A DNA stretch of 64,000 nucleotides from Patescibacteria group bacterium (GTDB lineage: Bacteria; Patescibacteriota; Patescibacteriia; Buchananbacterales; UBA6539), in assembly GCA_041662625.1 (NCBI GenBank), contig JBAZSB010000001.1, positions 374,467 to 438,466 on the forward strand. The letters run 5' to 3'. The notes beneath the pieces are model-generated. The model searched no databases. It was given only the letters and a program-made list of their open reading frames with translations, and was not told the DNA's origin. A program made the position numbers and the translations under genes. Positions within the stretch are counted from its first letter, which is position 1. Every line of letters begins with the position of its first letter. Shown here piece after piece: positions 20,229 to 27,486 of the stretch.

Positions 20229-20492
20229 CTAAAGAACCGTCAGTTCGGACATTGAAACTCCGGGGGTGATTTGATTTTTAGCCACTGTATTTAAGGGTTC
20301 AGCCAAAAAAAGCTGGCCAGTCTGGGCATATTCTTTCACCCAAAAATAATTGGCAGTTTCATCCGGCCAATCAAACCGCGGGTCAAGATTAGTGTTAATT
20401 GTAAGCGGCGTTGCTAGATATAAATAAACCCCGCCAAAAATAATGGCTATAACGATTAAAATAAAGGTTGGTTTAGTAAATATGTGATTCAT
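20229..20492 (-). CDS. small membrane protein
   Basis: 87 aa with an N-terminal TM. Confidence 0.35.
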   Translation of the reverse strand: MNHIFTKPTFILIVIAIIFGGVYLYLATPLTINTNLDPRFDWPDETANYFWVKEYAQTGQLFLAEPLNTVAKNQITPGVSMSELTVL

Positions 20493-20558
20493 AATTCTTA
20501 CTTGGTGATTCTAACCTCATTATAGCAAAAAATCACCCTTTTGTGCTAAAATGTAAGG

Positions 20559-22652
20559 ATGGAGGAAAAAATCGGTCAACTTAAATATTTAGTGATAAGT
20601 GTCATACTTTGTCTGGTATTGATTTTTAATTTTCTCAATTGGAGCAACCAAATTATTGGCCTGGGTTTTGGCCTAATCTACCTTTTATTTTATAGTTTTA
20701 TTTTTGGCTCAATCTTCATCAACAAAAAGGGCTGGCAAATTATTTTTGGCCTGCTTTTTTTATTCGCCCTGATTGCCGTTTTGGGCGCCGTAGCAATTTA
20801 TTTTTATGAACTCAATGATTATTTATTTATTCTTTTAATCCTTTTAATTCCCCTGATCTTAGTTACTCCCTATTATTTGGTCCAACCCAAAGAAAAATTT
20901 TCTTTGAAAAAAACCATCAAAAAATACTTGGATAAATTTGACCAGCGGCGGGAGCCAAAAACTAATTTTATTTTAGTGATTGCCTACCTGGCTTTGATCT
21001 CTTTGGCTTTTGCTTTTTTAATTAAAGGCCAGACCACCGAGTCAATTCAGGCACCCTGGCAAGTGGTTTCTTCCAAATTCCTGCCGGTTTATTTTCTATC
21101 CAGCTTTGTTCTTTTAACTTACCTTTTTCGTTCCCGCCGGACCAAGCTGCCTTTGATTTTATTAGTTATTCACACATTTTTGAGCAGCACGGTGGCTTTG
21201 CTGGTCTATAAAATTGGCTACGGTTTTGATCCTTTTATTCATCAGGCTACCGAAAGGATTATTGCCCAAACCGGAACCATCTGGCCTAAACCTCTTTATT
21301 ATCTTGGCCAATATGCCATAGTAGTCTTTTTTCATAAATTAACCACTTTAGACATTGCTTTAATTGATCGGATCTTAGTGCCGAGTCTTTTTTCTTTATT
21401 CCTGCCAACGATTATTTTTTATACCTTCAGCCACTGGGTGGAAAAAAAGTTTGCCTTAATCTTGGCCTTGGCGGTTTTGGTTATTCCCTACTCCGGTTTT
21501 ATTATGACCGCCCCCCAAAATTTAGCCAATCTGATTTTCATTCTCACTATTATTTTGTCGCTGCTTTATTACAAAAACCAAATCAGCCCCATCATTTTAT
21601 ACCTTCTGACCTTAGCTACCATTGCCATTCATCCCATGGCTGGCATTCCCCTATTGATTGCCGTATTTTTGCTGAATTTATTCAAATTCCTTTACACCAG
21701 CTACATTAAATATTTAAGTCTTTACTTTTTTTCCGCCCTGGTCTTTGTCATCTTTTTGCCTTTGGCTTTTATCAGCAATGGTTCCACCCTGAATCTAAAA
21801 CCGGTTTTCAAGCTTTCTGATTTTAAATGGTTTGGCTGGATTGATAAATTTGATTTGCCGCTAAATTTGGTTTATTTGGTCAATGCAAATAAAATAATTC
21901 TTGCCAGCCTAATTATTATAATCGGTCTAGTTTATCTTGCTAAAAATAAACTGCTAAAAAACAACGCCGGCTACCTGATGGCAGCTTTGATTATCGTTGT
22001 AGATTTTGTCATTACCAAATACTTTCTGGCCTTCCCCGACCTCCAAGATTATGACAAAAATTTCTTTGTCGCCCGGCTAGCAATTATTGCTTTCTATATA
22101 TTGCTGCCTTTCTTTCTGCTTGGCCTTTATTTCATTAGCAAAAAATTATATCAGCATGATTTTTACACCCGCCTGTTGCTTATTTTAGTTTTAGCCGGCA
22201 GCCTAACCATTTCTTTGTATCTTTCTTATCCCCGCCTAAATCAATATGAACCAGCCAAATTCTTTAGTGTTTCGGCTTCTGATATCAAAGCTGTTGATTT
22301 CATCGAAAAAAGCGCCGCACCAAACCATCTGGTTTTGGCTAATCAGATGATTGGGGTAACGGCAATCAAAGAATTTGGATTTAAAAAATATTATAATAAT
22401 CAATTTTATTATTCCATGCCCATGGGTAGTCCGCGCACTTTTTATGAATACTACTTGGAAATGATTTACCAAGGTGCCAAAAGAGAAACTATGGAAAAAG
22501 CGATGAATGAAGCCGGGGTCACGGAAGCTTATTTTGTTTTGAATCAATACTGGAATAATTCAACTAAAATTGCCAAGCAAGCAACAGAATCAGCCGATAA
22601 AATTTACGATATTGATAATGGCAAAATTTATATCTTTAAATATGTAAAATAA
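20559..22652 (+). CDS. large polytopic membrane protein
   Basis: 697 aa with about 14 TM helices. TGcTAAAAT (-10) ends 6 nt before the ATG, so the mRNA is possibly leaderless. Confidence 0.5.
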   Translation: MEEKIGQLKYLVISVILCLVLIFNFLNWSNQIIGLGFGLIYLLFYSFIFGSIFINKKGWQIIFGLLFLFALIAVLGAVAIYFYELNDYLFILLILLIPLILVTPYYLVQPKEKFSLKKTIKKYLDKFDQRREPKTNFILVIAYLALISLAFAFLIKGQTTESIQAPWQVVSSKFLPVYFLSSFVLLTYLFRSRRTKLPLILLVIHTFLSSTVALLVYKIGYGFDPFIHQATERIIAQTGTIWPKPLYYLGQYAIVVFFHKLTTLDIALIDRILVPSLFSLFLPTIIFYTFSHWVEKKFALILALAVLVIPYSGFIMTAPQNLANLIFILTIILSLLYYKNQISPIILYLLTLATIAIHPMAGIPLLIAVFLLNLFKFLYTSYIKYLSLYFFSALVFVIFLPLAFISNGSTLNLKPVFKLSDFKWFGWIDKFDLPLNLVYLVNANKIILASLIIIIGLVYLAKNKLLKNNAGYLMAALIIVVDFVITKYFLAFPDLQDYDKNFFVARLAIIAFYILLPFFLLGLYFISKKLYQHDFYTRLLLILVLAGSLTISLYLSYPRLNQYEPAKFFSVSASDIKAVDFIEKSAAPNHLVLANQMIGVTAIKEFGFKKYYNNQFYYSMPMGSPRTFYEYYLEMIYQGAKRETMEKAMNEAGVTEAYFVLNQYWNNSTKIAKQATESADKIYDIDNGKIYIFKYVK

Positions 22653-22683
22653 AAGAGAATATTACACACTTTATTGTGTATTA

Positions 22684-22716
22684 CAAAAAAAGTATGATAT
22701 AAGCCATACTTTTTTT
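22684..22716 (+). terminator. bidirectional intrinsic terminator (A7-agtatg-loop-catact-T7)
   Basis: Perfect 12-13-bp inverted repeat aaaaaaagtatg / catacttttttt, 32 nt after the stop of ORF 20559..22652. Confidence 0.5.
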
Positions 22717-22755
22717 CATTTTGTCTTATTTTAGCTAAAAATATGCCTTTTACCC

Positions 22756-22783
22756 TTGACAAAGCCAAAAATAATCCTACAAT
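22756..22783 (+). promoter_or_regulatory. sigma70-type promoter TTGACA-N16-TACAAT
   Basis: ttgaca at 22756-22761 and tacaat at 22778-22783. GGGAGG Shine-Dalgarno at 22826-22831. Confidence 0.55.
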
Positions 22784-22843
22784 GAATATTCACTAGCCCC
22801 TTATCAAGGGCACTTTCGTAACAAAGGGAGGTACAAGAAAATC

Positions 22844-23200
22844 ATGGACATAAATGAGTTGCTGCAGGAAATCGGCGAGTCACAACCAGGGCTTGCTAAA
22901 AGATTCAGGCAAGTCTTTACGACGGTACAAGAAGGTCTCAAGGATAGGTGTCCAAATTCGCCAGAATTAGCCTGGGCCATCAGGGCCATTCTCCCTCGGG
23001 AAGAAGCGAAACCGGGCCAAAGTGAAAAAGATCGACCGCTAGTCAAAGGCCAAAACCTTTGGGCTTTGCTAGTCGAAATCTATCCCAGCCACGCCACCAA
23101 CTCGCCTGAACTCGATATCAGCGCCCTACTCAACCGGTGGCTACCAATGATTGGCGCCTTGATCCACATCAATCGAAAGCGATCAAAGCCAATCTGCTGA
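22844..23200 (+). CDS. hypothetical 118-aa protein (island ORF A), GC-rich, no recognisable family
   Basis: ORF with Shine-Dalgarno, own promoter and own terminator. Composition (about 55-60% GC) contrasts with the host (about 30%). Confidence 0.5.
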   Translation: MDINELLQEIGESQPGLAKRFRQVFTTVQEGLKDRCPNSPELAWAIRAILPREEAKPGQSEKDRPLVKGQNLWALLVEIYPSHATNSPELDISALLNRWLPMIGALIHINRKRSKPIC

Positions 23201-23217
23201 TAATGCTTCTAGTGATT

Positions 23218-23251
23218 CCACCAAGACATTGATCTTGGTGGCTCTTTTTTA
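23218..23251 (+). terminator. intrinsic terminator ccaccaaga-cattga-tcttggtgg + CTCTTTTTT
   Basis: 9-bp GC-rich stem plus U-tract 18 nt after the ORF A stop. Confidence 0.7.
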
Positions 23252-23282
23252 TTCTGGTTTGAATTCTGGTTCTATCTTTAAG

Positions 23283-23311
23283 TTGACAATTTCCTATAAT
23301 TAAGCTATAAT
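23283..23311 (+). promoter_or_regulatory. perfect-consensus sigma70 promoter TTGACA-N17-TATAAT
   Basis: ttgaca at 23283-23288, 17-nt spacer, tataat at 23306-23311. Confidence 0.65.
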
Positions 23312-23317
23312 AAAAAA

Positions 23318-23354
23318 TCAAGACCCATCGTCTTGACCCAGCAATGATTTGCTG
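23318..23354 (+). promoter_or_regulatory. two operator-like palindromes at/after the predicted TSS: tcaagac-ccatc-gtcttga and cagcaa-tgat-ttgctg
   Basis: Inverted repeats at 23318-23336 and 23339-23354, between the -10 and the Shine-Dalgarno. Confidence 0.5.
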
Positions 23355-23396
23355 GTAGTTCCAAACCCGGCAAGCAACAAAGCGAAGGAGGTTCCA

Positions 23397-23570
23397 ATGC
23401 AAGGTTGGTATTTGGTAGTTGATGTAACACCGGAGCAACTTGAGGCGATGCGAGGCAAACTCGAACCGGTTATTCGGGCCGCGCTCGAAGAACTCCACCT
23501 CACGCCGCGCGTGGATGACACGAATGCAGCGGGTAAACCCGGACTCAACATCAACTTCGTCACCGGCTGA
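23397..23570 (+). CDS. hypothetical 57-aa protein (island ORF B)
   Basis: AAGGAGG Shine-Dalgarno at 23385-23391, 6 nt before ATG 23397. The ORF-track start at 23349 lacks a Shine-Dalgarno. Confidence 0.5.
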   Translation: MQGWYLVVDVTPEQLEAMRGKLEPVIRAALEELHLTPRVDDTNAAGKPGLNINFVTG

Positions 23571-23598
23571 TTCGTCATCGGCTAAAAGGAGGCACCCT

Positions 23599-23940
23599 AT
23601 GCAAAAGCTAAAGCGCACATTCGACGGATTAGCGGCAGGTTGCCCCTGGCTACCCAGTCTCCTCCATGACCTGCCAGGAGCCTTTACCCGGGAAAGCGAA
23701 GAAATCCTCTGCGACGGAATTGTTGCTCTGACCAGCGAAGACCCCCAAGACCATTTGGTCGGGGATGATCTCTGGAATGAGTTACATCGACAGTTCCCCG
23801 CCGGCGACGACATCAATTTCCTCGGCCTGGTAGGCGCACTGGAAGAAAAACTCAGCTACATCAAGGCTATGGCAGCCAGATGTGCTGATGCGGCTGCCGA
23901 TGCAGAACCTGAGGAGACTACCGTCGTTCTCGTCGGCTGA
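23599..23940 (+). CDS. hypothetical acidic 113-aa protein (island ORF C)
   Basis: AAAGGAGG at 23583-23591 precedes ATG 23599. It is 28 nt downstream of ORF B (bicistronic). D/E-rich. The ORF-track 166-aa version from 23440 overlaps ORF B out of frame and lacks a Shine-Dalgarno. Confidence 0.5.
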   Translation: MQKLKRTFDGLAAGCPWLPSLLHDLPGAFTRESEEILCDGIVALTSEDPQDHLVGDDLWNELHRQFPAGDDINFLGLVGALEEKLSYIKAMAARCADAAADAEPEETTVVLVG

Positions 23941-23979
23941 GACAGCCCCCTGCCCTCCCTTGGCACTACTGCCTAAGGG

Positions 23980-24014
23980 GACGACCATGCACTCGCGTGG
24001 TCGTCATTTTCTTT
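23980..24014 (+). terminator. intrinsic terminator gacgacca-tgcactcgcg-tggtcgtc + ATTTTCTTT
   Basis: 8-bp stem plus T-rich tail 40 nt after the ORF C stop. It abuts the stop codon of the convergent host gene at 24013. Confidence 0.65.
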
Positions 24015-24597
24015 AGCAACATTTTTTCTGAAAAGCCAAAGCTAACTGGCCGGCTTCGGTCATATCCTTACCCAAAGCAATAAAACCGTGATTTTTCAAA
24101 ACTAAAAAATTATTATTTTCTAAAATAGACAAAGCTTGTCTGACTAATTCGAGGCTGCCATAAGGGGCTTCTTTTTTGGTTTGCGGGATATTTAATTTTT
24201 TCGCCTGGGCTAAAATTTGCTGACAGTGGCCATGAAAGATGGCATTAACTTCCACTCGCTTCTGATAAAGGGCAAAATGAAGCATCGTTTCCGAAGATGG
24301 CTCCATTACCCCTTCAGCTTGAATAATTTTTCTTTCAAAATCACAATTAAAGATTTTGACAAAAGATTGATTAGTTAAATCTTCTTTGGCTTTTAGGCCT
24401 GCGCCGGTAATAATAAAAATGTTTTCTCCTTCTTTTAGGCGAAAACTGAGATTCCCGGCTGAGCAACCATCGTAAACCGGCGCCAAATTAGACTGGTGAA
24501 AATCCTGGCACCATTTGATTAGTTCAATAATTCTTGGATCTTGGGGCGCTTGCTTTTTTATAAATTCGGTTTTAAATTTTACACCGGGATACACCAT
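24013..24597 (-). CDS. class II aldolase/adducin family protein (MtnB-like dehydratase/aldolase)
   Basis: 194 aa with HGH-type metal-binding motifs (AIFHGHC). Adjacent to an e2B2-family isomerase. Confidence 0.6.
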   Translation of the reverse strand: MVYPGVKFKTEFIKKQAPQDPRIIELIKWCQDFHQSNLAPVYDGCSAGNLSFRLKEGENIFIITGAGLKAKEDLTNQSFVKIFNCDFERKIIQAEGVMEPSSETMLHFALYQKRVEVNAIFHGHCQQILAQAKKLNIPQTKKEAPYGSLELVRQALSILENNNFLVLKNHGFIALGKDMTEAGQLALAFQKKCC

Positions 24598-24630
24598 AGA
24601 AATTAGGTTGTAGGTAGTAGGTTGTAGCAG

Positions 24631-25680
24631 TTAGAATAATTTGCTGATTGCTTTTTCATTCGCTTTGATTATTCCTTTCTCGGTAATGATACCAGTGATA
24701 TATTTTGCCGGGGTAACATCAAAAGCCGGATTAATTGCCTCTGACCCCGGTGAACAAACTAAAATTCTTTCAATTTTTCCGGCCGAGTTTGGTCCGGTCT
24801 GGTATAAAACTTCGTCTTCACTGCGTTGTTCAATGGGAATTTCTGTCCCACTTGGGCAATTCCGATCAATCGTTGAAGTTGGCGCGGCAACATAAAATGG
24901 CACGTCATAAACTTTAGCTACAATCGCTTTTTCCAAAGTCCCGATTTTATTGGCCACGTCGCCATTTCGGGCAATCCGGTCAGCACCAACAATCATTAAG
25001 TCCACTTTATGCTGGCTCATCAGATAAGCCCCGGCATTATCCGGAATAATCTTATGAGGCACGCCTTCATTTTTTAATTCCCAGGCTGTCAATCGTGCCC
25101 CCTGGCTGCGCGGCCGGGTTTCGTCAGTGTAGACAAAGATTTTTTTGCCTGCCCGGTGAGCCGTGTAAATTGGTGCCAAAGCACTGCCCCAGTCCACAAA
25201 GGCCAGCCAGCCGGCATTACAATGGGTTTCAATCTGAAAGCCGTCTTTAATTAATTCATTGCCATACTCCCCTATTTTTCTGCCATTTTCAGCATTTTCT
25301 AAAGCCAGCCTTTGCGCTTCATTCAAAGCCGCTTCAGTCGGCTGAGCGGAATTTTTTCCGGCTTGGTAAACCATTTTAGTCGCATAAAACAAATCATGAG
25401 CCGTGGGCCGGGTGGCTTCAATATCCGCTTTTGCTTTTTCTATAAATTGCCAAAAATTATCAGCTGGTGCTTCCAGAAATGCTTGAGCCAAGGCATAGCC
25501 AGCGGTTGCGCCGATGGCTCCGGCTCCCCTGACAATCATAGTATTAATCGCCTGACAACTTGCCAAATAATTTTTGGCTTCAAAAATCTTGAATTCAAAA
25601 GGTAATAAATTTTGCTCAATCAAAAAAACGGATGAACCCGCCATCCAGACTGTTTGATAATCTTTGCCTGCTACCTTCAT
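24631..25680 (-). CDS. mtnA: eIF-2B alpha/beta/delta-like isomerase (methylthioribose-1-phosphate or ribose-1,5-bisphosphate isomerase)
   Basis: RGAGAIGATAGYALAQA and CNAGWLAFVDWGSALAPIYTA motifs of the e2B2/MtnA family. Confidence 0.7.
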   Translation of the reverse strand: MKVAGKDYQTVWMAGSSVFLIEQNLLPFEFKIFEAKNYLASCQAINTMIVRGAGAIGATAGYALAQAFLEAPADNFWQFIEKAKADIEATRPTAHDLFYATKMVYQAGKNSAQPTEAALNEAQRLALENAENGRKIGEYGNELIKDGFQIETHCNAGWLAFVDWGSALAPIYTAHRAGKKIFVYTDETRPRSQGARLTAWELKNEGVPHKIIPDNAGAYLMSQHKVDLMIVGADRIARNGDVANKIGTLEKAIVAKVYDVPFYVAAPTSTIDRNCPSGTEIPIEQRSEDEVLYQTGPNSAGKIERILVCSPGSEAINPAFDVTPAKYITGIITEKGIIKANEKAISKLF

Positions 25681-25682
25681 AG

Positions 25683-26852
25683 CTATAATAATTTAATCAG
25701 CTGCTTTAAATAGTTACTGACCGAAAAATTCCGAACTGAAACAAAACAATTCTTTTTCAGCTCTTCAATTTTTTCCGGATGATTCAAAAAATATTCTAAA
25801 ACCTCAATCAAATTTTTTTCATTACCCGGGGCAAAAGTAAAACCGTTGTAATCATCTTTGACAATTTCCGAAACACCACCGATATCAGCAGCAATCACCG
25901 GAACGTTGGCCACCAAACTTTCATCAATCACTTTGGGTGAATTTTCATAACAAAGTGAAGGCACAATCGTCAAATCAGCCTGGCGATAATAATCCGCTAA
26001 TTTGTCCTGCTCAACGCGGCCAATCAACTGAAAACGATTATCATCTTGGGCTAATCTTTTCGCTTCTTCCATCACTCCCCCGCCACCAACAACAGTCAGC
26101 TGCCAATTTTGCGGTTTTACTTTTTTCAAAGCCTCAATCAAAAGTAAAACACCTTTGAATCTTTCCAGCTGCCCGACAAACAATAAATTAATTTTTCGAT
26201 TTCTGATATCACCCAGTTCAATCTTTTCAACTTTTTTAAATTCCAAAGGATTAGGCATAATTAATTTTTTTGATTCATAGAAAAACCCCCGGGCCTGATA
26301 ATAACCCAGCAACCAGCGCGAGGGCGAAATTACCACATCAGGATTACTAAAAAGTCGCTTAACCGTTTTTTCATAAACTTTATCCAAAACCAAAAAAGGT
26401 TTTTCCGCTCCAAAAATTATCAAACCTGACGGCCGGGAAAGCTGGACATCATGAACCGTATGAAAATGGCGGATGCCGACTTTACGAATCGCTTTGGGAA
26501 TTAAATAACCCACACCTTTTAAATTATGAGTCATAACCACAGCGGGTTTTTCCTGCTCCAAAATCTTTTTCACCTGAGAATAACTGCTCAGATTAAAAAC
26601 ATCGATTGGATGCCACAACAAGCGCAACCAAACCGGCCGTTTATCAATATCCAAAAAAGAAAAAACATTTTTAGGCTTGATCCGGTAAATCGTCAATTTA
26701 CCCTCTTTGGTCACTGCCTTTTGCCGGCCTAAAGTAATCAAAACTACCTCATGGCCCAAACTCAAAAGGCCGCGGACAATGATTTCCACTACCACTTCCG
26801 CCCCACCCCGCTTATAGGGCTTGTATAGGCTATGAATTAGGCAAATCTTCAT
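25683..26852 (-). CDS. glycosyltransferase family 4 (GT-B)
   Basis: C-terminal GT1/GT4 signature (FVGQLERFKG...E...P). 389 aa. Confidence 0.8.
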   Translation of the reverse strand: MKICLIHSLYKPYKRGGAEVVVEIIVRGLLSLGHEVVLITLGRQKAVTKEGKLTIYRIKPKNVFSFLDIDKRPVWLRLLWHPIDVFNLSSYSQVKKILEQEKPAVVMTHNLKGVGYLIPKAIRKVGIRHFHTVHDVQLSRPSGLIIFGAEKPFLVLDKVYEKTVKRLFSNPDVVISPSRWLLGYYQARGFFYESKKLIMPNPLEFKKVEKIELGDIRNRKINLLFVGQLERFKGVLLLIEALKKVKPQNWQLTVVGGGGVMEEAKRLAQDDNRFQLIGRVEQDKLADYYRQADLTIVPSLCYENSPKVIDESLVANVPVIAADIGGVSEIVKDDYNGFTFAPGNEKNLIEVLEYFLNHPEKIEELKKNCFVSVRNFSVSNYLKQLIKLL

Positions 26853-27167
26853 ATTTCCAGTAAATGATTGAAAACTATACCATAAACTATGGCTAGTACC
26901 CTGCTTTTTAATTTTAGCATTTTTTAAGACTTTCTGGAAAATCTTTTGGTAATATAAGTATCAAAAAACATAGCGTTTTTTTAAGTTATTTGTTAGGATA
27001 TAACTAGGTTATAGGCGCTATGTTGGCAAGTTAATATTAGCTTATTTTAAATAAAAAAGTCAACAAGTTCGCATAAAAGAAGTTGTCGGAAATATTGTTC
27101 TTAAAAATAAAATACTTTGGGGAAGTTACTCTGCTTAATGGGTCAATGGATCAAAAGGAGATAAAAC

Positions 27168-27296
27168 ATGCTGTTAGAAGAAGAACAAAAAAAAGCCGAC
27201 CGACTGGATCGATTGCGTAGGATTTGCGAGAGAGTAAGAAAAGAAGTATACGAAGAAGTATGGTGCAGAGCTCATCATGTACACTGTTGTCCATAG
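27168..27296 (+). CDS. 42-aa Cys/His-rich peptide (MLLEEEQKKADRLDRLRRICERVRKEVYEEVWCRAHHVHCCP)
   Basis: AAGGAG at 27155-27160, 7 nt before the ATG. Too short for the ORF track. Followed by hairpin 27318-27348. Confidence 0.3.
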   Translation: MLLEEEQKKADRLDRLRRICERVRKEVYEEVWCRAHHVHCCP

Positions 27297-27317
27297 CTTT
27301 TCTATGGTACCTTTGTT

Positions 27318-27348
27318 GGGGAGAACGGAGAACTAAGTCGTTTTCCCC
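27318..27348 (+). terminator. 10-bp hairpin ggggagaacg / cgttttcccc, candidate terminator of the small peptide gene
   Basis: Stem with one G-U pair; the downstream T-tract is weak (tattttgtt). Confidence 0.35.
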
Positions 27349-27413
27349 ACTTCCCCAAAGTATTTTGTTAAAAAGGATAACAATACATCCAACAACACGT
27401 TTTATCTGGTTTC

Positions 27414-27433
27414 GCAAAAGAGATATAATCTGT
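27414..27433. repeat. left 20-bp terminal inverted repeat gcaaaagagatataatctgt
   Basis: Exact reverse complement of 27950-27969. Confidence 0.8.
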
Positions 27434-27486
27434 ACAAAGCAAAGACCCCTGAACAAGCGAGTCTTTACAAGAAACGCGTCCAGGGG

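Noticed and set aside
23440-23940. 166-aa version of ORF C starting at 23440
   Set aside because: The first 53 codons overlap ORF B out of frame and have no Shine-Dalgarno. A strong AAAGGAGG sits right before the internal ATG at 23599.
23169-23988. Minus-strand ORFs inside the GC-rich cassette (23169..23816, 23318..23578, 23782..23988) and the plus-strand 23349 start
   Set aside because: GC-rich DNA produces long stop-free antisense frames. They lack Shine-Dalgarno sites, overlap the Shine-Dalgarno-supported plus-strand ORFs and run against the promoter/terminator polarity.
22716-24014. Target-site duplication tcatttt…tttagc flanking the 1.3-kb cassette
   Set aside because: The similarity is short and imperfect, and the right copy is part of the host gene end. 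It cannot be distinguished from chance in AT-rich DNA.
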